DNA of 64,000 nucleotides from Bradyrhizobiaceae bacterium PARB1. GTDB taxonomy: Bacteria > Pseudomonadota > Alphaproteobacteria > Rhizobiales > Xanthobacteraceae. The notes below the pieces were generated by a model. That model ran no database searches and had not been told where the DNA came from. It was given only the letters and a program-made list of their open reading frames with translations. This document shows positions 48,332 through 59,775 of this stretch, one piece after another. The stretch covers positions 15,876 through 79,875 of the forward strand of contig NKIY01000004.1 in the NCBI GenBank assembly GCA_002256345.1, written 5' to 3'. Each line of letters starts with the position of its first letter. The first letter of the stretch is position 1. The translations under genes and the position numbers were made by a program.

Positions 48332-49087
48332 TTAGCCCCGTTTCTGCCCCCGGGTCCACACCCCGAAGGCAATCACCACCGCCGCAGCAAGGCTGAACCA
48401 GGTGATCGCATATTGCATATGGTCATCCTTCAGGCGGACCACCAAGGGGCCTGGCCTGGGGATCCCGTTTGCCGGCGCGGGGGTTTCGAGATCGACGTAG
48501 AAGGGTGCGACAGCGCCCCAGTCGAGCGCGCTCGCCATGGCGCGCTGGTCACGGTTGAACCAGAGGCGCTTGACGACATCGTCATGCGGAGTCAGCGCGC
48601 CGGCGGTCTCGGGGAAACGGATATAGCCCGTCAATGTCACCGGCAGGCCGGTGATCAGGGTCTTCACCACGCGGTCCTGCTGGGCACGGTCCTGCATCGT
48701 GTTTTGTACGAAACCAGTGTTGATCACGACTGTCGCGCCGCCGGAGAGCGCTGCCGGCAGGAAGGCCCAGGTCACAGCGCCGGGTACATCCGGGCGGACG
48801 CCGGAGCCGGAGCTGTAGACCATGGCATCGGGCAGCGGCTTGTAGGTCGCAGTGAAGGTGACGCGGCGGAATTCGTCTTTCGCGGCGCTCATCGTTGGCC
48901 AGCGATCCGGCGATGGCAGCGCCACCGGCGCCTCTGCCAGTCGAGCATCGAGGGCGGCGATCAACGCATGCTTCTCGGTGCGGCGCTGCAACTGCCAGAA
49001 GCCGAGGCTCAGGAGCGTCGAGACGATGATCAGCGTGGCAATGCCGAAACCGGTGATGCTGCGCCGGCGCGCGGTGACGTCGTTCAT
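48332..49087 (-). CDS. SURF1 family cytochrome oxidase biogenesis protein
   Basis: Two terminal TM helices and the conserved ...HMQYAITWFSLA... motif. Sits in the cox cluster. Confidence 0.85.
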   Translation of the reverse strand: MNDVTARRRSITGFGIATLIIVSTLLSLGFWQLQRRTEKHALIAALDARLAEAPVALPSPDRWPTMSAAKDEFRRVTFTATYKPLPDAMVYSSGSGVRPDVPGAVTWAFLPAALSGGATVVINTGFVQNTMQDRAQQDRVVKTLITGLPVTLTGYIRFPETAGALTPHDDVVKRLWFNRDQRAMASALDWGAVAPFYVDLETPAPANGIPRPGPLVVRLKDDHMQYAITWFSLAAAVVIAFGVWTRGQKRG

Positions 49088-49476
49088 TTGGGCTTGCGCA
49101 CGATCAACTGGCCTTCGGAAGCCTTATGGTGGAATTGCAGGGCGATCAGCAGCGACTTCATGGAGCGCAGCGGCAGCAGCGTGGTCGCTAGAATCAGCGG
49201 CAACCATAAAGCGGCATGGATCCAGAATGGCGGTTGATATTTGACTTCGACAACGAGCGCAGCACCGACCACGATGGCGCCGGCGATCATGATGATGAAG
49301 ATCGCGGGGCCGTCACCGGTGTCTATGAAAGCGTAATCGAGTCCGCAACGCTCGCAGTTCGGGCGCAGATTGATGAAGCCGTCGTAGAGCTTGCCTTCGC
49401 CGCAGCGTGGGCACTTGCAGGCGAGACCGCGCGCAATGGTTTGGGTGAGTGAAACGCTAGGAGCTTCATCAGTCAT
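49084..49476 (-). CDS. DUF983 domain protein
   Basis: CPRCGEGKLY...CERCGLDY zinc-ribbon plus two TM helices. Start at MTDEAPS (49476); the track ORF extends through a REP element. Confidence 0.8.
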   Translation of the reverse strand: MTDEAPSVSLTQTIARGLACKCPRCGEGKLYDGFINLRPNCERCGLDYAFIDTGDGPAIFIIMIAGAIVVGAALVVEVKYQPPFWIHAALWLPLILATTLLPLRSMKSLLIALQFHHKASEGQLIVRKPK

Positions 49477-49487
49477 GCGCACTTCCT

Positions 49488-49632
49488 TCCTTCTCCCCTT
49501 GTGGGAGAAGGTGGCTTCGCGAAGCGAAGACGGATGAGGGGTACGGGCTAGGCTCGGAGCTTGTGGCCACCCCTCACCCGTCTCGAACGCTTCGCGTTGG
49601 ATCCACCCTCTCCCACAAGGGGAGAGGGAAGA
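49488..49632. repeat. Intergenic palindromic repeat (same family as 15384-15533)
   Basis: CTCCCCTTGTGGGAGAAGGTGGCTTCGCGAAGCG...CGCTTCGCGTTGGATCCACCCTCTCCCACAAGGGGAGAGG. Confidence 0.6.
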
Positions 49633-49659
49633 AAAGAGAAAGGCGGCCTTGCGGCCGCC
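49628..49659 (-). terminator. Possible terminator or attenuator hairpin after ctaE
   Basis: GGCGGCC-TTGC-GGCCGCC stem. On the minus strand it is followed by TTTCTCTTTTCTT. Confidence 0.4.
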
Positions 49660-49681
49660 CTTTTGAAACATCAGCACCCGA

Positions 49682-50548
49682 TCAATGCGCGGCGGCGCCG
49701 GCGACTATGCCGCCGTAACCCCAGACATAGATCGTGACGAACAGGAACAGCCAGACCACGTCCACGAAGTGCCAGTACCAGGCGGCGAATTCGAAGCCGA
49801 GATGTTGCGTCGGCGTGAAATGGCCAGCATAGGCACGGAACAGGCAGACGATCAGGAAGATCGTTCCGACCAGCACGTGGAAACCGTGGAAGCCGGTGGC
49901 CATGAAGAAGGTGGCACCATAGACGTTGCCTTTGAAAGCGAAGGCTGCGTGGCTGTACTCGAAGGCCTGCACGCAGGAGAACAGCACGCCGAGCGCGATG
50001 GTGAGGATCAGGCCGTATTTCAGGCCCTTGCGATCGCCTTCCAGCAGCGCGTGATGCGCCCAGGTCACCGTGGTGCCCGAGGTCAGCAGGATCAGCGTGT
50101 TGAACAGCGGGAGATGCCAGGGATCGAAGGTCTGGATGTCCTTCGGTGGCCACACGCCACCGAACAGCGCTTCACGGGTCGCATGGACGGGATCGGCGGG
50201 GAACAGCGCGGCGTTGAAATAGGCCCAGAACCAAGCGACGAAGAACATCACTTCCGAAGCGATGAACAGGATCATGCCGTAGCGGTGATGCAACTGCACC
50301 ACGCGGGTGTGATCGCCGCGCTGAGCTTCCTTCACCACATCGGTCCACCAGCCGGCAAAGGTGTAGAGCACGCCGATGGTGCCGACACCGAACACCAGCG
50401 GTGCCGCGGCATACATCTTGTGCATCCAGCTGACCGCGCCGACCGCCATGATGAAGGCGAACAGCGCGCCCACTGCCGGCCACGGCGAGGGATCGACGAG
50501 ATGATAGTCGTGATGCTTGGCGTGCGGCGCCGCCTCTACCGAAGCCAT
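49682..50548 (-). CDS. ctaE: Cytochrome c oxidase subunit III
   Basis: 288 aa, 7 TM, ...[13 protein letters not shown]... N-terminus and [11 protein letters not shown] motif. Confidence 0.93.
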   Translation of the reverse strand: MASVEAAPHAKHHDYHLVDPSPWPAVGALFAFIMAVGAVSWMHKMYAAAPLVFGVGTIGVLYTFAGWWTDVVKEAQRGDHTRVVQLHHRYGMILFIASEVMFFVAWFWAYFNAALFPADPVHATREALFGGVWPPKDIQTFDPWHLPLFNTLILLTSGTTVTWAHHALLEGDRKGLKYGLILTIALGVLFSCVQAFEYSHAAFAFKGNVYGATFFMATGFHGFHVLVGTIFLIVCLFRAYAGHFTPTQHLGFEFAAWYWHFVDVVWLFLFVTIYVWGYGGIVAGAAAH

Positions 50549-50617
50549 GTGTCTCTCTCCGTCAGTTGCGCCGGTTGAGGCCGGCGCGTGTTATTTCAAA
50601 TCTTATAACGCAAAAGC

Positions 50618-51244
50618 TCAGAGATTGCCCTTGCGGACACCCGTCTCCGTCGCCGCTACGGGCTTCGGCGCGGGATCGCGCTGGGGATAGAACGTATAGG
50701 ACAAGGTGATCGAGTTCAGCCCGTCATTCTCGCTGTCGGCCGCGAGCTTCGGATCGACATAGAACACGACCGGCATTTCGCGCTTCTCGCCCGGCGCCAG
50801 CGTCTGGTCGGTGAAGCAGAAGCAGTTGATCTTCTGGAAATAGGCCCCAACCGTGAGCGGCGCCACGTTATAGGCGGCCTGGGCATAGGTGGTGCGGGCG
50901 GACTGGTTTGTGACCGTGTAGAACACGGTGACCACCTCGCCGATGCGGACCTCGATCTCGCTCTGCTCGGGCACAAATTTCCACGGCAGGCCCGGCGCGA
51001 CATTGGCATCGAAGCGCACGGAAATCTTGCGGCCGATCGGGCCGGATGCCGGCGCGCCGGCGGCCACCATGGTGGTGCCGTTGAAACCGGTGACGCGGCA
51101 GAACCAGTTGTAGAACGGCACAGCCGCATAGGACGCGCCGACCATGAAGGCGACCACGAGACCGCAGATCGAGGCAACAACCGCGTCACGTCCGAGGCGT
51201 GGCTTGGAAGCTGGCTGATGGGACTGCGGTTCGGTCATTGTCAC
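50618..51244 (-). CDS. ctaG: Cytochrome c oxidase assembly protein CtaG/Cox11
   Basis: TM anchor plus conserved ...[15 protein letters not shown]... and ...INCFCF... copper-binding motifs. Confidence 0.92.
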   Translation of the reverse strand: MTMTEPQSHQPASKPRLGRDAVVASICGLVVAFMVGASYAAVPFYNWFCRVTGFNGTTMVAAGAPASGPIGRKISVRFDANVAPGLPWKFVPEQSEIEVRIGEVVTVFYTVTNQSARTTYAQAAYNVAPLTVGAYFQKINCFCFTDQTLAPGEKREMPVVFYVDPKLAADSENDGLNSITLSYTFYPQRDPAPKPVAATETGVRKGNL

Positions 51245-51249
51245 CTCAC

Positions 51250-51423
51250 TTACAGCGGCCGGACGAGAACCGCCGGCCCCTTGACCATGGTGACGGCGAA
51301 GAACAGCACCACGAGGATGCCCAGCGCCCAGGCGATGGCGATCGACCGCTCGCGCTGGCGTTTCTTCTGCGCCTCGGTGAGGACGATGCCGTCCTGCTGT
51401 TCAGACTTGCGCTCTTTGTCCAT
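51250..51423 (-). CDS. Small single-TM protein between ctaB and ctaG (57 aa; CoxF-like position)
   Basis: My own translation: [57 protein letters not shown]. It fills the ctaB-ctaG gap exactly. It is below the track length cutoff; the track shows only a different-frame ORF (51246..51431) that looks non-coding. Confidence 0.6.
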   Translation of the reverse strand: MDKERKSEQQDGIVLTEAQKKRQRERSIAIAWALGILVVLFFAVTMVKGPAVLVRPL

Positions 51424-51438
51424 CGGATCATGCGCCCT

Positions 51439-52392
51439 CTACCAGACCAGCGGCAGGATGGCCTTCACGACCACCTCAAGCAACAGAATGGCGAACAACG
51501 CGAAGAGATACATGATCGAGAAGGCGAACAGACGGCGCGTCGCCGTGGTGGCGGGCTTGCCCTCACGGAGGCGATAGACCTGCACGGCAAGGAACATCAT
51601 TCCGGCGCCGAGGATCAGCGAGGCGACGCCGTAAATGGCAGAAAAGTAGCCAAGCGGCCACGGGGCAACGGCGGTTGCCACCAGCACGATTGTGTAGAGC
51701 AGTATCTGCAGCCGCGTTGCATCGGGACCGGCGACCACCGGCAGCATCGGCACGCCTGCGCGGGTGTAATCGTCGTTGCGGAACAGGGCCAGCGCCCAGA
51801 AATGCGGCGGGGTCCAGAAGAAAATGATCAGGAAGAGGAGAATGGGCTCCATCGAGAGCGATCCCGATGCAGCGGCCCAGGCGACGACCGGCGGCAGCGC
51901 GCCTGCAGCGCCACCGATCACGATGTTCTGCGCCGTCCAGCGCTTCAGGCCGATGGTGTAGATGACGACATAGAAGAAGATGGTGAAAGCGAGCAGCGCA
52001 CCGGCGAGCCAGTTGACCAGAATGCCAAGCGTCATCACCGAGAAGAAGGCGAGCACGATGCCGAAGGTCAGCGCCTCGGGCCGGGTGATGCGGCCGCGCG
52101 GGATCGGGCGATTGGCCGTGCGGGTCATCAGGGCGTCGATATCGCCCTCATACCACATGTTCAGCGCACCGGACGCGCCGCCGCCGATGGCGATGCAGAG
52201 AATCGAGGTGATCGCCAGCACCGGGTGATGATCCCCCGGCGCCAGAAAGTACCCGACCATGGCCGTGAACACGACCAGCGACATCACCCGCGGCTTGAGC
52301 AGCGCAAGATAATCCCGGACGCCCGCTTCGGAAATGCGGGGGCCAGAGAGGTCGATGGCGTTTTGGTCGAGGACGGACAAGATAGGTCTCAC
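51439..52392 (-). CDS. ctaB: Protoheme IX farnesyltransferase (heme O synthase)
   Basis: 317 aa, UbiA-family TM protein (…[18 protein letters not shown]…, …[19 protein letters not shown]…). Confidence 0.92.
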   Translation of the reverse strand: MRPILSVLDQNAIDLSGPRISEAGVRDYLALLKPRVMSLVVFTAMVGYFLAPGDHHPVLAITSILCIAIGGGASGALNMWYEGDIDALMTRTANRPIPRGRITRPEALTFGIVLAFFSVMTLGILVNWLAGALLAFTIFFYVVIYTIGLKRWTAQNIVIGGAAGALPPVVAWAAASGSLSMEPILLFLIIFFWTPPHFWALALFRNDDYTRAGVPMLPVVAGPDATRLQILLYTIVLVATAVAPWPLGYFSAIYGVASLILGAGMMFLAVQVYRLREGKPATTATRRLFAFSIMYLFALFAILLLEVVVKAILPLVW

Positions 52393-52465
52393 TTCGGGTC
52401 ACGACCTCCGCAGATACCGGCGGAGGCGAATTTCATGCGGCGCACAATTGTGCGCCGCAATACAT

Positions 52466-54954
<2,489 letters not shown>

Positions 54955-55499
54955 GCCGCGCGCGCTCCCATGTAAAATCTTACGCATCCCGGTATTGCCC
55001 GAGTATGCGGCCCGACCCCCCTCCCGAACAAACGGACAAATTGACCAAGGCACACCGACCAAGAGGTACGACGACCACGGCAATCGACCAGAGGGCTTAG
55101 CCCGCTCGTTAGAATGCGTCGAAATCCAGCCTCTCAAACCATAATTCTTGAGCTGTCGCAATGCAGGAGTGCGGTAACCGGGAATGCATTCGACCGAATT
55201 GCACGAAGGTCGTATTTCCCACATCACATCAATGACAAATGTCAGTCTCCATCGCCCGCGCTTGACACCGGCTGTGGCCGCTTTAGGCACAAAATATGCG
55301 ATGATCGGGTAACTGATTCGCCACAATCGGCGCGCAAGCAGCTGTTGTGGCCGCCTTCAAGGCGCCGTCATTGCAATATCATTCCGCGCTCTGGAATTCT
55401 TCAGCGTTCACAGTGCTGCCAAACCGATCGCAGAGACCACTGATCATGATCGCGACCACCAACCACGCCCAAACCAACTACGCCCAAGGATCGATCCGG

Positions 55500-56036
55500 A
55501 TGAGGCTTTCGACATCGCAGCAGCAGCCTGCTTCCAGCTGGCGCCGCCTCACGCTCGGTTTCGTGACACTTGCCGCGCTACTCGCCGCGCCCGCCGCTGC
55601 CAGCGCCCAGGGCGCGGTGAAATCGACCCATGGCGACTGGCAGATCCGCTGCGACACCCCGCCCGGTGCGCAGGCCGAACAATGTGCCCTGATCCAGAGC
55701 GTGGTGGCGGAAGACCGCTCCAATGCCGGCCTGACGGTGATTGTGCTGAAGACCGCCGACCAGAAGAGCAAGCTGATGCGCGTTGTGGCGCCGCTCGGCG
55801 TGTTGCTGCCGTCCGGCCTCGGCCTCAAGCTCGACAATCAGGATGTCGGCCGCGCAGGTTTCGTGCGTTGCCTGCCGAATGGCTGTGTCGCGGAAGTTGT
55901 AATGGACGACAAACTGCTCGGCCAGTTGCGCACGGCCAAGACCGCGACTTTCATCATCTTCGAGACCCCCGAGGAAGGCATCGGCTTCCCGCTCAGCCTG
56001 AACGGGCTGGGAGACGGCTACGACAAGCTGCCGTAA
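55500..56036 (+). CDS. Invasion-associated locus B (IalB) family protein
   Basis: Signal peptide ...LAALLAAPAAASAQG then THGDWQIRCD...CALIQ...RCLPNGC..., typical of IalB. Confidence 0.8.
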   Translation: MRLSTSQQQPASSWRRLTLGFVTLAALLAAPAAASAQGAVKSTHGDWQIRCDTPPGAQAEQCALIQSVVAEDRSNAGLTVIVLKTADQKSKLMRVVAPLGVLLPSGLGLKLDNQDVGRAGFVRCLPNGCVAEVVMDDKLLGQLRTAKTATFIIFETPEEGIGFPLSLNGLGDGYDKLP

Positions 56037-56053
56037 GCCTTGAGCCAGCAGCG

Positions 56054-56707
56054 CTAGCCGGAACGACGCCCTCGGTAATAGTCCAGCAATCGCTTGGCAT
56101 CCTCAGATGTCCAGTCGGCCTCTCCAGCAAGATATCCCTCGACCCGCCCCGTCGTTCCGATCAGATATGTGATCGGCATTGCGTAGAGACTGAATGGGGT
56201 GTCCAGACCGGCAACCTCGCCGGCGCGCGCAACCAGTCCACCGGGGTCGATACCGACATCGAGGTGTCTCAGCTTCAGTTTGCGCACGAACGACGCTAAG
56301 TCCGCGCGATCGGTGGCAATCGCGATAACCTGCAGATTGGCCGGGGTCTCGATACCCTGCAGCCGATCAAGGATCGGCAATTCGATCTTGCACGCCGCAC
56401 ACCATGTCGCCCAGAAATTGACCAGCACGACCTTTCCTGGAAACGCAGTGAGGTGGATCGGCTTGCCGTCCAGGCGTGGCACCGCAACGGGCGGAAGCGG
56501 CCGCGCTCCCCGAATGACGGTGAATTGATGTCGGGCGGAGCCAAAGGGCGGCGGCCCGTCGGACCGCGCATCTGCATCAGCCCACCCCACAGCCGATGCG
56601 GCCGTAGCGACCAGCGCACCTTTGAGCAGCCCACGTCGCGAGATCGGCGAGCGAACAACGCTCGGTCCGCGGTGATGCGATATCACGATCCAACCTCCAA
56701 AGGGCAT
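56054..56707 (-). CDS. TlpA/ResA-family periplasmic thiol:disulfide oxidoreductase with a twin-arginine-like leader
   Basis: Thioredoxin motif NFWATWCAACKIELP. N-terminal SRRGLLKGALVATAASAV resembles a Tat signal. The exact start is uncertain. Confidence 0.78.
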   Translation of the reverse strand: MPFGGWIVISHHRGPSVVRSPISRRGLLKGALVATAASAVGWADADARSDGPPPFGSARHQFTVIRGARPLPPVAVPRLDGKPIHLTAFPGKVVLVNFWATWCAACKIELPILDRLQGIETPANLQVIAIATDRADLASFVRKLKLRHLDVGIDPGGLVARAGEVAGLDTPFSLYAMPITYLIGTTGRVEGYLAGEADWTSEDAKRLLDYYRGRRSG

Positions 56708-56731
56708 AAAACAGAACGGCCAAGGTGTCGC

Positions 56732-57262
56732 TCAGGATCGGATATAGGACCAACCCGCTTCTTGCAGCTCGATGATCCGTCCAGGGCCACTCGGGACCAA
56801 CTGGACATTATCGACAAACGAAATCGGACGGCCCTCGCTGCGCTCCATGCCGAGCTTGGTCGCTTCGCAGACGACAAGGCGAATGTCAGGGGTAAGAGTC
56901 TGGACAACTTTCAATAATTCCTTCACCGGCGACGTATCCACCCTGAACATATGAATGCCGGCGTTGTAAGCGACGATTTCGATCGAGAATTCCTGCTTCG
57001 TTTCCCGGTAGTATTTCGGCAAATTCAGCGACGTCGAAATCACCGCGCGCATGACCGTCGGGTCATCGGTGTTGATCTGCAGGACGAGACGATGTGGCTT
57101 CGCTGGCGCAGGTTTCGCTTCCGCCTCTCGCGGCTTTGAAACAGCGAATCCCGCATCCGTCAAAGCCAGCGTGACGAACAACGGCACGGCAAATGCCATA
57201 CCAAACATCACCATAACCAAAACCTTGCGACCATAACTCCGCATCGACACCATCACCTGCAC
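56732..57262 (-). CDS. DsrE-family (COG1416-like) protein with an N-terminal signal/anchor sequence
   Basis: ...HRLVLQINTDDPTVM...IEIVAYNAGIHMF...VVCEATKLG...IIELQEAGWSYIRS matches the DsrE/COG1416 pattern. Hydrophobic N-terminus VLVMVMFGMAFAVPLFVTLALT. Confidence 0.65.
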   Translation of the reverse strand: MQVMVSMRSYGRKVLVMVMFGMAFAVPLFVTLALTDAGFAVSKPREAEAKPAPAKPHRLVLQINTDDPTVMRAVISTSLNLPKYYRETKQEFSIEIVAYNAGIHMFRVDTSPVKELLKVVQTLTPDIRLVVCEATKLGMERSEGRPISFVDNVQLVPSGPGRIIELQEAGWSYIRS

Positions 57263-57332
57263 TCGAAGACACTGAAACCTCCCGACTCCCCGATGGCCAT
57301 CGGCGGATAACCGAGAGAGCGACGAGTATTTG

Positions 57333-57716
57333 CTATCCGAGAATTGTGTTGCGCTTGGCGTAAGCCACGACGGCGCTCAGTACGAGCAGCACGACCGCAG
57401 GAAGCGCGGAGCCGCCAATGACAAACAGATGCGTAAAGGTCGCCCCGATCATGACGCAGCATAGAAGGACAGCGCCGAACGCGGCCGTCGACGGAACGAT
57501 AATCAGAACAGCTCCGAGGATTTCGAGCGAACCGGTCAGATAACGAAACCATTGCCCAATGCCGATATGATCGAACTCCTCGACGAGCATCGGCACGCCA
57601 TAAAGCTTGGCTGCACCCGCGGCCGCAAACGCCAGAGCGAGCAGTGCCCTGACGGCCCAGAGACCGATGGAGCTCCAGCGCCGCGGCGCTGACGAGATGA
57701 CGGACGACGATGACAT
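57333..57716 (-). CDS. DoxX family membrane protein
   Basis: 127 aa, 4 TM, ...FAAAGAAKLYG...IGQWFRYLTGSLEILGAVLIIVP... is typical of DoxX. Confidence 0.8.
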   Translation of the reverse strand: MSSSSVISSAPRRWSSIGLWAVRALLALAFAAAGAAKLYGVPMLVEEFDHIGIGQWFRYLTGSLEILGAVLIIVPSTAAFGAVLLCCVMIGATFTHLFVIGGSALPAVVLLVLSAVVAYAKRNTILG

Positions 57717-57865
57717 GGGCAGCTCCGAAGATGGTCCAAACGATTTCGGTTGCGCGGCTGACTACGAAGTCTGCTTCAGATCCGCGACGCGCTTTCGAAA
57801 GGCAAACTTCGGCAGTAAGATGAAAAAGACAAGTAGAATGCTTTTTGTGACCTAGTATCAAAAAC

Positions 57866-58276
57866 ATGACTAATGGAAAAACAGACGACGCTGAGCTCCC
57901 CGAATGTCAGCAGGACCGGGCGATAGAGGATTTCCATCGGGCGCTGGGGATGATTACCGGCAAATGGAAAGGCGAAATCCTCTGGCAGCTCGTCCAACGC
58001 AAGCACCGGTTTGGTGAACTGCTCCGAGCGATTCCGGGCGTCACCCAACACATGCTAACGACTCAACTGCGTGACCTCGAGGCCAATGGGCTCGTCAAGC
58101 GCACGGCGTTCCCCGAGATTCCTCCCAGAGTGGAATATGAAATCACGGAAGCGGCGAGAGCGCTGAGGCCGGTCTATGACGAACTTTTCCGGTGGTCGCA
58201 GGCACATTTCTCCACGCTTCACCCCCCATCCACGCCCGACTCGGACGAAAGCGCGGCGCCCCTCACTCACCCTTAG
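57866..58276 (+). CDS. HxlR family winged-helix transcriptional regulator
   Basis: ...ITGKWKGEILWQLVQRKHRFGELLRAIPGVTQHMLTTQLRDLEANGLVKRTAFPEIPPRVEYEITE... is the canonical HxlR core. Divergent from doxX. Confidence 0.88.
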   Translation: MTNGKTDDAELPECQQDRAIEDFHRALGMITGKWKGEILWQLVQRKHRFGELLRAIPGVTQHMLTTQLRDLEANGLVKRTAFPEIPPRVEYEITEAARALRPVYDELFRWSQAHFSTLHPPSTPDSDESAAPLTHP

Positions 58277-58293
58277 TCCGCGAGCTGCGGGCC

Positions 58294-59478
58294 TTACTCG
58301 CCGGGCACCAGCCCCACTGTATGACGACGCCTGGACTTCGATGCCGCACGCAGGCGGCGGCGCGAGAAATACAGGATGAGACCGGTGGCCATGAACAGCG
58401 GCATCAACGCCGCTGCGATCATGAACAGGATGCGGCCGACCAGCCCGAATGCCGCGCCAGTGTGAATCTGCAGGACACGCTGCAGAATGCTGTCGCCGAC
58501 GGATTTGTCGGCATAGCGCTCGACCGCAATGACTCGCCCGGTGGCACCGTCGATGCGGAAGTCGTCGCGCGCGACATCATGCGGAGCATCCTTCGCCAGC
58601 GACCGCAGACGCACGGGGCTCGGACCATTCGGCACCTGCAGATAGACATTGGCGTATTGGCTGCCCTGATCGGCAAGGAAGGTGGCCCACGCGCGATCCA
58701 GCGATGGCGCAGCAGCGGCCTCAGCCGCATTGCCGGACCTTGCGCCGCCCTTGGCCCCTGCAGGCGCTTTCGCGGCCACGGGCGGTTTGCTCGACAACAG
58801 CCAGGTGGCGCTGGCCTTGTACCAGTCGAACGACCACCACAGACCGGTGAGAATGGTGACGACATAGATCGGCAGCACCCAGGTGCCGACAACGCTATGC
58901 AACGACCAGTGAAAGGCGCGGCCGGGCATCGCCAGATTGGGCTTCAGCCACGTCCTGATGCTGCGCACGCGGCGCGGCCAGCGCAGCACCATGCCGGAAA
59001 TCAGCAGCACCAGCAGGCCGATGGCCGAGACGCCGGTGATCAGGCGGCCATAGCCATTGCCGTTTCCGGGCAGCAGCAGGAAACGATGCAGATTGCGTAG
59101 CGTGGCGAAGAAGCCCTCACCGCTCACCGGCGCGACGATCCGCCCGTCATAGGGATCTACGAAAACCGACGACCGCTCGCCGGCCTCGTTGCGCGCAAAG
59201 CGCGCCCGCACCGTGGCGCCGGGCTCGCTCGACAGCAGCATCAGTTGCACCTTGCCGGCGCCCGGCTGGCCCTGCAGCCGCGCCACGATCTCGTCCGGCG
59301 TCAGCACCGGCGCCGATCGCAGCTCGACCTTCGCAACATCGCGATTGAGCGCAGCGACGATCTCGTCCTCGAACGACAGCATCGCGCCGGTGACGCCCAT
59401 CAGGCCGAGCACAAGCGAAATCGCGAGCCCGATGATGGAATGAACCTGCAGAAATGCGGATTTGATCGGGGAGGCCAT
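58294..59478 (-). CDS. PepSY-associated TM helix domain protein (PiuB-like)
   Basis: 394 aa with the characteristic N-terminal ...LQVHSIIGLAISLVLGLMGVTGAMLSFEDEI... and repeated TM/PepSY organisation. Confidence 0.78.
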   Translation of the reverse strand: MASPIKSAFLQVHSIIGLAISLVLGLMGVTGAMLSFEDEIVAALNRDVAKVELRSAPVLTPDEIVARLQGQPGAGKVQLMLLSSEPGATVRARFARNEAGERSSVFVDPYDGRIVAPVSGEGFFATLRNLHRFLLLPGNGNGYGRLITGVSAIGLLVLLISGMVLRWPRRVRSIRTWLKPNLAMPGRAFHWSLHSVVGTWVLPIYVVTILTGLWWSFDWYKASATWLLSSKPPVAAKAPAGAKGGARSGNAAEAAAAPSLDRAWATFLADQGSQYANVYLQVPNGPSPVRLRSLAKDAPHDVARDDFRIDGATGRVIAVERYADKSVGDSILQRVLQIHTGAAFGLVGRILFMIAAALMPLFMATGLILYFSRRRLRAASKSRRRHTVGLVPGE

Positions 59479-59775
59479 GAACAGCAGAAATGCGGACTGG
59501 AGGACGGGTTGCGTCGGGTCTCAGCGCCCGCTGCGGCAATGACCCACGCTTACCGCACCGCCATAAGGCGAACCACAGCGGTAATTTGTAATCGCTCCAA
59601 ACTGGAACCCGCCCGGCCGCGCCATGCCTCTCCCATTTTGTAGCCGGGTACCTATCTTCTGCTGCGAACAGCTGTATCGTCCGAGGTTACGCCGATGTAA
59701 GGCGACCCGATCCCGGGTTGCCGCTACAAGGTGCAACCGCCTCGGTGCAGCGATGCCCGCCGTTTTGGAGCCTGC

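Noticed and set aside
51246-51431. Track ORF of 61 aa between ctaB and ctaG.
   Set aside because: It is in the wrong frame, and its translation (Ser/Arg/Pro-rich) is not protein-like. The neighbouring frame gives a convincing single-TM peptide, reported as 51250..51423.
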